A stretch of DNA of 64,000 nt from a virus (Duplodnaviria; Caudoviricetes): IMG/VR virus record IMGVR_UViG_3300005611_000006. One strand, 5' to 3'. Each line of letters opens with the position of its first letter. Positions within the stretch are counted from its first letter, which is position 1. The notes below the pieces were generated by a model. It saw only the letters and a program-made list of their open reading frames with translations, made no database searches and had not been told where the DNA came from. The position numbers were made by a program, and so were the translations under genes. Shown here in pieces: positions 7,517 to 14,535 of this stretch.

Positions 7517-7587
7517 GCCCTTATAGTTAAAAGGTATAACAGTTGCCTTGTAAGCATCAATTTCCAGTTCAATTCTGGATGAGGGCT
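7517..7587 (+). tRNA. trnT: tRNA-Thr(UGU)
   Basis: GCCCTTA/TGAGGGC acceptor stem, GTTA/TAAC D-stem, CT-TGT-AA loop, CCAG-TTCAATT-CTGG T-arm. One U-U mismatch in the anticodon stem. Confidence 0.85.
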
Positions 7588-7603
7588 TTTACTTAACAAA
7601 ACT

Positions 7604-7660
7604 GTGCCACCTGTAGAACTGGCACAATAAATGAGCACAGATCCCAAAGTGCTCTATATT
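7604..7660 (+). promoter_or_regulatory. palindromic element/promoter copy 7
   Basis: GTGCCA-N10-TGGCAC, GAGCAC/GTGCTC hairpin, TATATT at 7655. Confidence 0.8.
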
Positions 7661-7705
7661 GGTTAAGTGGTTGAGAGAGACCACACTCAAACTTTATTCT
7701 TTTCT

Positions 7706-8914
7706 ATGCCACTTCTTTCTTATCAGAAAACTGCTGTTGCTCAGATCAAAAAGCATAAGAAAGGAACTATCTTCATTCCTACTGGTGGTGGTAAAACATA
7801 TGTCTTTATGACAGATGCAAAGAATCGTATTCAAGAATCTAATTCTCCTCTCACTATTATTGTTGTTGCTCCTCGTATTCTTTTGTCTGAGCAACTTGCA
7901 TCTGAGTTTCAAGAGTTTCTAAAAGATGAAGAGATTTCAATTACTCACGTTCACTCTGGTCATAAGAATGGTACAACAAAACCACACGTAATTGCAACTT
8001 ATGATGCTGCTATAAAAGCATTGAATAAACATCATATTATATTTACAACTTACAAATCTCTTGAGAAGGTGAATGAGTCTGGCATTCCTATGAATGTTGT
8101 TTATTTTGATGAAGCACATAATGCAGTTAAACCAGCAACTCAAGTTGGTGTTGCACATACTTCTCAAGTCTCAGATCATACTTACTTCTTCACTGCAACT
8201 CCAAAGATTGCAATGAATCAGACAAATATCTATGGTTCTAACATTGTCTCGGTGTCTGCTACTGAATTGATAAACGCGGGAACTATTCTTTCTCCTAAAG
8301 TCGAAACTTATGAGTTCAACGAAATACGAACGAAAGAGAATGCGCCACTTGTCGATGCAAGTAATATCATTGGGATTCTGAGTGAAGTCGAGGAGGGGAA
8401 TCCTAAAGTTCTGGTTGCAGCACCATCAACCAAAATTATTTGGGAATCATTGTCACAGACTGCATTGCTTGGTGATCTGAATGCAATGGGTTACACAGTT
8501 ATGCACATCACCTCAAAGCACGGTGCATATATCGACAAGAAAAAAGTAAGTCGTCAAGTATTCTTTGAAAAACTGACAGAGTATGGAAATGATCCCACAA
8601 AGAAAATCATTGTGTTTCACTATTCAATCCTGTCAGAAGGTATCAATGTGCCCGGATTGACTCATTGCATTATGCTTAGGAATCTTCCGACAGTTGAGAT
8701 GTTGCAAACAATCGGTAGGGTCATTCGAGTTGCAAAGGAAGACAGAGATGCTATTGAGAAGAGAAAGATTCAACCAGGGCAATTTGAGTTCTACAAAAAG
8801 TCGGAGGGCAAAATTATCATTCCAGTATCTAAAGGATACGGAGCAAACATTCAACGGAACATTCAGAATCTTGTCGATGCGGTATTTGTACAAGGTCAAA
8901 CTGTAATCTCTTAA
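7706..8914 (+). CDS. SF2 DEAH helicase/ATPase (type III restriction Res-like)
   Basis: YQ (Q motif), PTGGGKT Walker A, DEAH, FTATP, LSEGINVP and QTIGRVIR. Start moved to ATG 7706. Confidence 0.88.
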   Translation: MPLLSYQKTAVAQIKKHKKGTIFIPTGGGKTYVFMTDAKNRIQESNSPLTIIVVAPRILLSEQLASEFQEFLKDEEISITHVHSGHKNGTTKPHVIATYDAAIKALNKHHIIFTTYKSLEKVNESGIPMNVVYFDEAHNAVKPATQVGVAHTSQVSDHTYFFTATPKIAMNQTNIYGSNIVSVSATELINAGTILSPKVETYEFNEIRTKENAPLVDASNIIGILSEVEEGNPKVLVAAPSTKIIWESLSQTALLGDLNAMGYTVMHITSKHGAYIDKKKVSRQVFFEKLTEYGNDPTKKIIVFHYSILSEGINVPGLTHCIMLRNLPTVEMLQTIGRVIRVAKEDRDAIEKRKIQPGQFEFYKKSEGKIIIPVSKGYGANIQRNIQNLVDAVFVQGQTVIS

Positions 8915-8929
8915 TTTTCCGTAATTCAA

Positions 8930-9232
8930 ATGATACAAGAATGGAAATGTATGGTGAAAACACCATCAGGTCGAATTCAAACAATGTTTGTTGATGCTTA
9001 TGACATTGAGGATGCAACTATTGCTGCGGAATCTCAAACTGGAGGAGAAGCAATTAATGTAACTCCGCAATTTACTTCTAGTGATGATGCGGAATATTCT
9101 TCAGATTTTAGTGGAAGTGGATTACTTGGATTGATAATTATTGGACTTTGCTTCTACTTTTGGAAGTGGTTTCTAATGATTGGTGCAATTGGATTCATTT
9201 TATTCCTAATTTATCATTTCTGGGATGAATGA
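8930..9232 (+). CDS. hypothetical membrane protein
   Basis: ORF track; C-terminal hydrophobic helices. Confidence 0.75.
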   Translation: MIQEWKCMVKTPSGRIQTMFVDAYDIEDATIAAESQTGGEAINVTPQFTSSDDAEYSSDFSGSGLLGLIIIGLCFYFWKWFLMIGAIGFILFLIYHFWDE

Positions 9233-9241
9233 GAAGAATGT

Positions 9242-9299
9242 GTGCCACCTGTAGAACCGTCCCTAACACCCCCCACAACCCCCTCAGGGGTGCTATGAT
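9242..9299 (+). promoter_or_regulatory. palindromic element/promoter copy 8
   Basis: GTGCCA-N10-CGTCCC, C-rich -35 zone, ACCCC/GGGGT hairpin, TGCTATGAT extended -10. Confidence 0.8.
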
Positions 9300-9323
9300 T
9301 ACGAAGTAATCAATCAGGGATGT

Positions 9324-9512
9324 ATGTTCATCATTTGTCCAGTTTCTTTTGATCTATGTGATGCAGAATGGTATGATGATATTGATGATGCATCTGAAAA
9401 TGCACTTGAATGGAGTGTTGATCTTCAAGGATCTAATGTAAAAGTTTACGAAGCAATTCTTCGTAATGATGAAACTTACTCTTTCAATTGTCTAAAGTCT
9501 ATTTGTGCTTGA
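9324..9512 (+). CDS. acidic hypothetical protein
   Basis: ORF track; first gene after copy 8. Confidence 0.7.
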   Translation: MFIICPVSFDLCDAEWYDDIDDASENALEWSVDLQGSNVKVYEAILRNDETYSFNCLKSICA

Positions 9513-9513
9513 A

Positions 9514-9717
9514 ATGAACATTTTTCCTCTTGATGATCAACTGGTAATGTTAATTGACCGACTGAATAATGCGGTCAATGTTTGTTATGAAGCACCAGAA
9601 ATTGAAGATCAAGGTTATGCTTATGCGACAGGTTATTCACGATCTGCGATGACTGATGTGGCAGATAGTTTAAGTAAAATTGTTAAACAAATCCGAGAGG
9701 ACAATGCAGAATCTTGA
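9514..9717 (+). CDS. hypothetical protein
   Basis: ORF track 9505..9717; ATG at 9514; GYAYATGYSRSAM motif. Confidence 0.7.
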   Translation: MNIFPLDDQLVMLIDRLNNAVNVCYEAPEIEDQGYAYATGYSRSAMTDVADSLSKIVKQIREDNAES

Positions 9718-9877
9718 AATGTTGATGCAACGTGAACAATTAATGGAAGACATTCATTGTATCATTGAATCAAACTTTGGTGGGGTTGAATACAAAAAGT
9801 TGACGGATCATATCATCGATGATGTAATATGTCAACTTTGTGATGCTGTCTGTAAAAACTTTCCAATTAACAACTGA
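9704..9877 (+). CDS. hypothetical protein
   Basis: ORF track 9680..9877; ATG at 9704 after GAGG. Confidence 0.65.
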   Translation: MQNLEMLMQREQLMEDIHCIIESNFGGVEYKKLTDHIIDDVICQLCDAVCKNFPINN

Positions 9878-10122
9878 TGAACTACACACTAAAAGATCTT
9901 CAAAATCGTGTCAACAATCTGATTGCACAACAGGGTGAAGATGCACCTGTCGCGTGGTGGATTTATACCAATGAGGATGTTTTTACTATTGATGACAATG
10001 GTAATGAACAATATAAACCACTTGATGTTTGTGAAAAAGTCTTATCAAATTTGTGGGACATTGATTACATTCATACTGTAATTGTTGATGCTATTGATGA
10101 AGAACTTCGAGAGACTAATTAA
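9877..10122 (+). CDS. hypothetical protein
   Basis: ORF track; TGATG coupling. Confidence 0.75.
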   Translation: MNYTLKDLQNRVNNLIAQQGEDAPVAWWIYTNEDVFTIDDNGNEQYKPLDVCEKVLSNLWDIDYIHTVIVDAIDEELRETN

Positions 10123-10128
10123 CATCTT

Positions 10129-10186
10129 GTGCCACCTGTAGAAGTGGCACTAACAACCCCCACAGTGCCCCCTGAGGCGCTATAAT
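10129..10186 (+). promoter_or_regulatory. palindromic element/promoter copy 9
   Basis: GTGCCA-N10-TGGCAC, C-rich -35 zone, AGTGCC/GGCGCT hairpin, TATAAT at 10181. Confidence 0.85.
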
Positions 10187-10210
10187 TACGAAGTAATCAA
10201 TCAGACAGCA

Positions 10211-10888
10211 ATGGATCGCTCTCAAGTCATCGCCAAGATTCAATCAATTCTGAAACTTAAGAATGGAACTACATTCGATGGTGAGGCAGATGCTGCCGCT
10301 AAAATGATTGATAAACTTTGTAAACAGTATGGTGTCACTGTTAATGAAGCAACTGAAGTACAAGTTTCTGATGAAGAGTTTTCTTCATTCAAGAGAATCA
10401 ATCAAGCACACGCAACAATCCTGAATGCAATTGCATCTTTTTATGATGCAAAAGCATATCTTAAGAAGAGTGGAGATCTTAAATCTCTTCAGGTGATTGG
10501 TAGTGAGGGTCAGCAAATTCAGGTTAAACTTTACTTTGATTATCTGATTCAGGTAATGGAGAAAGAAGCAGAAGTTGCATATAAAGCAGAGAAAGTCATT
10601 GCTGATATTCAAGGAACTAAAGTATCACGTAGTTTCAAACTTAACTTTAGAAAGGCATTTGCAGATAAGATCTCCATTAGACTTGATGATATGAAAAAGC
10701 AAGAGGGTAGAGTTCACGAAGATAAAGAAGCAGTTTCCAAGAAATTATCTACTATGCGATTTGGAAATGTAAAGAGAGGAACATCTGCTAACGGTGCAGG
10801 TGCGGCATCTGGTAATTCTGTTGGTGCTGGTGTTTCTCTTCATAGGCAAACATCTGGAAGTGTTACAAAACAACTGTGTGGGGTATAA
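10211..10888 (+). CDS. DUF2786-like protein
   Basis: N-terminal IAKIQSILKL...EADAAAKMIDKLCKQYGV pattern and C-terminal SF..AF...I helical region. Confidence 0.7.
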   Translation: MDRSQVIAKIQSILKLKNGTTFDGEADAAAKMIDKLCKQYGVTVNEATEVQVSDEEFSSFKRINQAHATILNAIASFYDAKAYLKKSGDLKSLQVIGSEGQQIQVKLYFDYLIQVMEKEAEVAYKAEKVIADIQGTKVSRSFKLNFRKAFADKISIRLDDMKKQEGRVHEDKEAVSKKLSTMRFGNVKRGTSANGAGAASGNSVGAGVSLHRQTSGSVTKQLCGV

Positions 10889-10933
10889 TTACCCTATTAT
10901 CCTATAAATAAATTTTTTCAATTTACAAGAATT

Positions 10934-11125
10934 ATGACTCCTCAAAAAATTCAAGAATACAAAGATTATGTTATTTCAGTTTTCAATGAAGATGTAAAAA
11001 ATCTTCTTGATGAATTTATTGAAAATGATCCAGAACTTAATCAACTCAATTACGATGATGTTGTTGATTATGTAAATGCTAATCTTAATAGTAAAGTAGA
11101 ATGGGTTGATCAAGTCTCACAATGA
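10934..11125 (+). CDS. hypothetical protein (late promoter upstream)
   Basis: ORF track; TATAAATA at 10903-10910. Confidence 0.7.
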   Translation: MTPQKIQEYKDYVISVFNEDVKNLLDEFIENDPELNQLNYDDVVDYVNANLNSKVEWVDQVSQ

Positions 11126-11135
11126 GACCGACCGT

Positions 11136-11193
11136 GTGCCAGTCCACAAACCGGCACACAACCCTCCCATAACGCCCCCTGAGGCGCTATGAT
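11136..11193 (+). promoter_or_regulatory. palindromic element/promoter copy 10
   Basis: GTGCCA-N10-CGGCAC, CGCC/GGCG hairpin, TATGAT at 11188. Confidence 0.82.
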
Positions 11194-11216
11194 TACAAGG
11201 TAATCAATCAACCACT

Positions 11217-11399
11217 ATGGCAACTCGATACAGTGTCCTCTGTCCTTCACAACCTCAAGAATCTGAATCTGTATTAACATTAGATCAGGCGTGGGATGTA
11301 TGTTATGATCTTGCTGAAGAGTTTGGTTATGCTGAGGTGAGAGATCCTAATGGTGATTACATTGGAGATTGCGGTAATCCTGCATCATTCTTTAACTGA
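11217..11399 (+). CDS. acidic hypothetical protein
   Basis: ORF track; first gene after copy 10. Confidence 0.7.
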   Translation: MATRYSVLCPSQPQESESVLTLDQAWDVCYDLAEEFGYAEVRDPNGDYIGDCGNPASFFN

Positions 11400-11420
11400 T
11401 TCAATCAACCCATTAACAAA

Positions 11421-11663
11421 ATGACTACTTCTACACTTTCAACTAAAACCTATCAAGGTTGGGCAAATTACGAGACTTGGAATGTCGCACTTTATATTGG
11501 TAATCATTATGGACTCTATAATCAAGCAAGGAGATCCAAAACCTATCAAGATCTTGTGAACTATTTGTATAAGTGTGGATCAACTGAAACTCCAGATGGT
11601 GTTGAATGGACTGATACTAAGATTGATGGTATTGCTATTAATGAGATGATGAAAGATCTCTGA
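11421..11663 (+). CDS. conserved phage hypothetical protein
   Basis: YQGWANYETWNVALYI...TPDGV motif, familiar from phage proteins. Confidence 0.8.
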   Translation: MTTSTLSTKTYQGWANYETWNVALYIGNHYGLYNQARRSKTYQDLVNYLYKCGSTETPDGVEWTDTKIDGIAINEMMKDL

Positions 11664-11729
11664 TTGATGAATTGACCTGATGATGTCATTAAACTCATCA
11701 TATTGTACACACTAACTTCTTCTTTTATT

Positions 11730-11885
11730 ATGACTTCCATTAATCTTGATCTCACCCGTGAAGTTGCTATTGATATGCTTCGCAAGGGAAATACTGGTAA
11801 TGAGATTCTTCAGATCCTGAATGCTATTGTTCCTGATCAAGATGATGCACCTAATGAAGGTACACTGGAACCCATTGAGTTCTGA
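11730..11885 (+). CDS. hypothetical protein
   Basis: ORF track 11703..11885; ATG at 11730. Confidence 0.65.
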   Translation: MTSINLDLTREVAIDMLRKGNTGNEILQILNAIVPDQDDAPNEGTLEPIEF

Positions 11886-11892
11886 TACCCTT

Positions 11893-11949
11893 GTGCCACC
11901 TATACAAGTGTCACAATAAATGAGCACAGACCTCAAAATGGTCTATAGT
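11893..11949 (+). promoter_or_regulatory. palindromic element/promoter copy 11
   Basis: GTGCCA-N10-TGTCAC, AGACC/GGTCT hairpin, TATAGT at 11944; near-duplicate of copy 7. Confidence 0.8.
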
Positions 11950-12000
11950 GTATAGGTGGTTGAGAGAGACCACACTTTTGTTCTTTATTCCTTCTCATCA

Positions 12001-12177
12001 ATGACTACTTCACAACGAATGGAACGTCAATTCTTTATTCGATTCATCACACTTGTTAATGATGTGCAAGGATATACTCAACTGCCTTCTGAGATTAATT
12101 CTTCGCGGAAGTCAACTTGGATGAAACAAGTAAAGAATCCAAAAATGAAGAAAGATGCACTGTCTTCCGTGAAATAA
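12001..12177 (+). CDS. hypothetical protein
   Basis: ORF track 11956..12177; ATG at 12001. Confidence 0.65.
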   Translation: MTTSQRMERQFFIRFITLVNDVQGYTQLPSEINSSRKSTWMKQVKNPKMKKDALSSVK

Positions 12178-12222
12178 TGGTATAAATGTTAACATATTAA
12201 AAATATGTTAAAAAACCATTAC

Positions 12223-12302
12223 TTATTCCTCTTAATGTCTCTATTATGTCTCTTAATGCCTGTTAATGTCTCTATTATTCCTCTTAATGCCTGTTAATGT
12301 CT
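12223..12302. repeat. degenerate tandem repeat (about 11-12 bp units, CTCTTAATG[T/C]C-like)
   Basis: ttattcctcttaatgtctctattatgtctcttaatgcctgttaatgtctctattattcctcttaatgcctgttaatgtct. Confidence 0.85.
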
Positions 12303-12326
12303 TCACTTATTGTGATCTTAGCCAGC

Positions 12327-12355
12327 ATAATACCACAAAAACTTCGTGGTGTCAA
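12327..12355 (-). promoter_or_regulatory. leftward sigma70-type promoter
   Basis: Minus strand reads TTGACA-N17-TATTAT. Confidence 0.55.
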
Positions 12356-12362
12356 GAGAACT

Positions 12363-12384
12363 GGGACACTTCACAAAGTGGCAC
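12363..12384 (+). promoter_or_regulatory. palindromic element copy 12 (no clear -10 at the usual distance)
   Basis: GGGACA-N10-TGGCAC. Confidence 0.75.
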
Positions 12385-12392
12385 ATAATAAG

Positions 12393-12435
12393 TTTTCCAC
12401 AACCCTGTGGAAAACTATTAGTAACCTGTGGAAAA
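12393..12435. promoter_or_regulatory. three cyanobacterial-type DnaA boxes (TTTTCCACA)
   Basis: TTTTCCACA at 12393-12401; TGTGGAAAA at 12406-12414 and 12427-12435. Confidence 0.65.
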
Positions 12436-12452
12436 CTTATTAACTCATAGGG

Positions 12453-12482
12453 TTGACAATAACCACACAGTTAGATTATAAT
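12453..12482 (+). promoter_or_regulatory. rightward sigma70-type promoter into non-coding DNA
   Basis: TTGACA-N18-TATAAT. Confidence 0.6.
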
Positions 12483-12773
12483 AACAGTGAAATAACAGCA
12501 GTATTTTAGACCCCCCCCTATTCGTTCATTCTGAGTATTATGAATCAACAACAGTTCGTGTTCTTTATACGTTCTCTAAGGTGTCTATAATCGTCTACAA
12601 TCATACTGAGAGGTTATTCGAGTATAGTTCGTTGTTTTATTATTAGTTCGTGTTATAGACGATTCTGAGAGGAGTTATAACTTTAGAGTTTTCTGGGAGT
12701 TTATAATTGTGTAAGTTATATAATTATAATTAACTTTACCCGATGTATTATTATTATAAAATCTGAAAGGACA

Positions 12774-12838
12774 GTCTATTAGTAATACAATCTAATCCAA
12801 GTATTACTAATAGACAGTCAGGTTAGTATTAGTAATAC
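12774..12838. repeat. 15-bp perfect inverted repeat plus a third partial copy
   Basis: GTCTATTAGTAATAC (12774-12788) / GTATTACTAATAGAC (12801-12815); GTATTAGTAATAC at 12826-12838. Confidence 0.85.
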
Positions 12839-13072
12839 ATTGGCAGTTTCTATTAATAATTCGTGTTCGTTCATTGACAGTTATACCGGGGGGTTTGTGT
12901 TAATTATTATGGGTAATGCGATATAAAAATGCCAAACATCCCTAACCTACAGAGGTGACAAATCGAGAGAGTGATTTCGAGTCAATAAAAAAAATTTTTC
13001 CCAAAATTTTTTAGAGAAAACCTTTTTTGGAGAAAAAAATTTCCGTGGTAAAAAACCTATGAGGGTATTCGA

Positions 13073-13101
13073 TTGACAAGAGATAAATAATCGAGTATCA
13101 T
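13073..13101 (+). promoter_or_regulatory. sigma70-type promoter with an overlapping late-type ATAAATA
   Basis: TTGACA-N17-TATCAT. Confidence 0.65.
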
Positions 13102-13136
13102 TGAGTTGGTACAATATAACCTAATTATTACTTAAA

Positions 13137-13901
13137 ATGGCAAAAGGATTTAGAGTTAAAGCAAAAGCACCAACAACTAAAGAAGAGAAAGAAGATAGTC
13201 TATTTGATATTAACGAATGTAAAGAGAGAATTCGCGGAAAGAGTATTGTATTTTGTCTTCCAGGTAGGGGAGTTTCTTATAGGTATTTGAAGAGTTTTGT
13301 GCAGTTGTGTTTCGACCTAGTTCAAGCAGGGGCAAGCATTCAGATCAGTCAGGACTATTCAAGTATGGTCAATTTCGCTCGATGCAAGTGCCTAGGGGCA
13401 AATGTATTGAAAGGACCTGACCAAATTCCCTGGGATGGAAAGTTGAAGTATGACTATCAGCTTTGGATTGATTCTGATATTGTGTTTAACTCGGATGCAT
13501 TCTGGGCAGTATTTGCGATGGACAAAGATATTGCTTGTGGGTGGTATGCAACTGAAGATGGAAAAACCACAAGTGTCGCGCATTGGCTTGAGGAGGATGA
13601 CTTCAAGAACAATGGAGGAGTAATGAACCATGAGATGGTTGATACGATTGGGCAACGTAAGAAGCCTTTTACAGTTGACTACACAGGATTTGGTTGGACA
13701 TTGATCAAGCACGGCGTGTTTGAGCATCCTGAAATGAAGTATCCTTGGTTTGCCCCTCAGATGCAAGTCTTCGACTCTGGAGAGGTTCAGGATATGTGTG
13801 GAGAGGATGTTTCATTCTGTCTCGATGCTAAGAAGGCTGGTTTTGAGATCTGGTGTCATCCACAGGTCAGAGTTGGTCACGAAAAAATGAGAGTAATCTA
13901 A
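13137..13901 (+). CDS. glycosyltransferase-like protein (GT-A fold)
   Basis: LWIDSDIVF (DxD motif), TGFGWTLIK, GEDVSFC and VGHEK. Confidence 0.75.
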   Translation: MAKGFRVKAKAPTTKEEKEDSLFDINECKERIRGKSIVFCLPGRGVSYRYLKSFVQLCFDLVQAGASIQISQDYSSMVNFARCKCLGANVLKGPDQIPWDGKLKYDYQLWIDSDIVFNSDAFWAVFAMDKDIACGWYATEDGKTTSVAHWLEEDDFKNNGGVMNHEMVDTIGQRKKPFTVDYTGFGWTLIKHGVFEHPEMKYPWFAPQMQVFDSGEVQDMCGEDVSFCLDAKKAGFEIWCHPQVRVGHEKMRVI

Positions 13902-14509
13902 TGATTTTAACTGATGATGTCATTTGGAAACATTGTCATTTAAAAGATCTTTGGATATTTGATAAATTAATTTTAAGTCAGGTTTTGGGATATCGCTGTG
14001 GACCAGTTGGTCTTCAGGTCCCAGAGCCTGATTTTTATTGTATTAGACCAATTACAAATGTACTTGGTATGGGAAGATATGCAAGAATTGAATGGATTCA
14101 GGATAGCACTGATCACTATCATCCAGGAGAGTTTTGGTGTGAGGTTTTTGAAGGAGAACATCTCAGTGTTGATTATTATCAGAAGCAATCTGTATTGGTC
14201 GTGAGAGGGGAAAGAGAAAAGAATGCTCCATTGTATCAGTGGAAGAAATGGGAGAGGTTAGAGAAGCAGGTAGAGTTCCCTCAGGTCCTAAATGAATTAT
14301 ATGATGATTATGAATGGATTAATTGTGAGTTTATTGGAGATAAACTAATTGAGGTTCATTTTCGTAGTAATCCAGATTTTGTTTACAATAATTCTGTTGC
14401 AATTCCTATTTGGGATGGCGCAGAAAATGAAATTAAAAATGAAGAAAATTATAAGTATATTACCTCTTCAGATTATCACCGAATAGGTTTCCTTATTGAC
14501 GAAAAATAA
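13901..14509 (+). CDS. ATP-grasp-like protein
   Basis: DKL, IRP..N..GMG, E.FEGEHLSVD and INCEF...LIEVHFR fit the ATP-grasp pattern. TAATG-coupled start at 13901. Confidence 0.5.
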   Translation: MILTDDVIWKHCHLKDLWIFDKLILSQVLGYRCGPVGLQVPEPDFYCIRPITNVLGMGRYARIEWIQDSTDHYHPGEFWCEVFEGEHLSVDYYQKQSVLVVRGEREKNAPLYQWKKWERLEKQVEFPQVLNELYDDYEWINCEFIGDKLIEVHFRSNPDFVYNNSVAIPIWDGAENEIKNEENYKYITSSDYHRIGFLIDEK

Positions 14510-14535
14510 ATATCATTTAGTTACATTTTCAGCAA

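Larger units (their letters stand above)
12180..13070. other. putative replication origin / large non-coding control region
   Basis: No ORF of 60 aa or more; DnaA boxes, repeats, divergent promoters, a C-rich to G-rich strand switch and A-tracts. Confidence 0.55.

Noticed and set aside
1209-12384. Palindromic repeats read as a CRISPR array
   Set aside because: Spacing is 0.3-2 kb with whole genes between copies, the repeats are degenerate, and there are no cas genes.
4395-12384. TGGCAC read as a sigma54 -24 box
   Set aside because: There is no TTGC at the required 5-nt spacing, the motif is half of a palindrome with a sigma70-type -10 downstream, and cyanobacteria lack sigma54.
1209-12384. 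Classical integron attC array
   Set aside because: No RYYYAAC/GTTRRRY ends and no tyrosine integrase in the window. Each unit has its own promoter. Kept only as an analogy.
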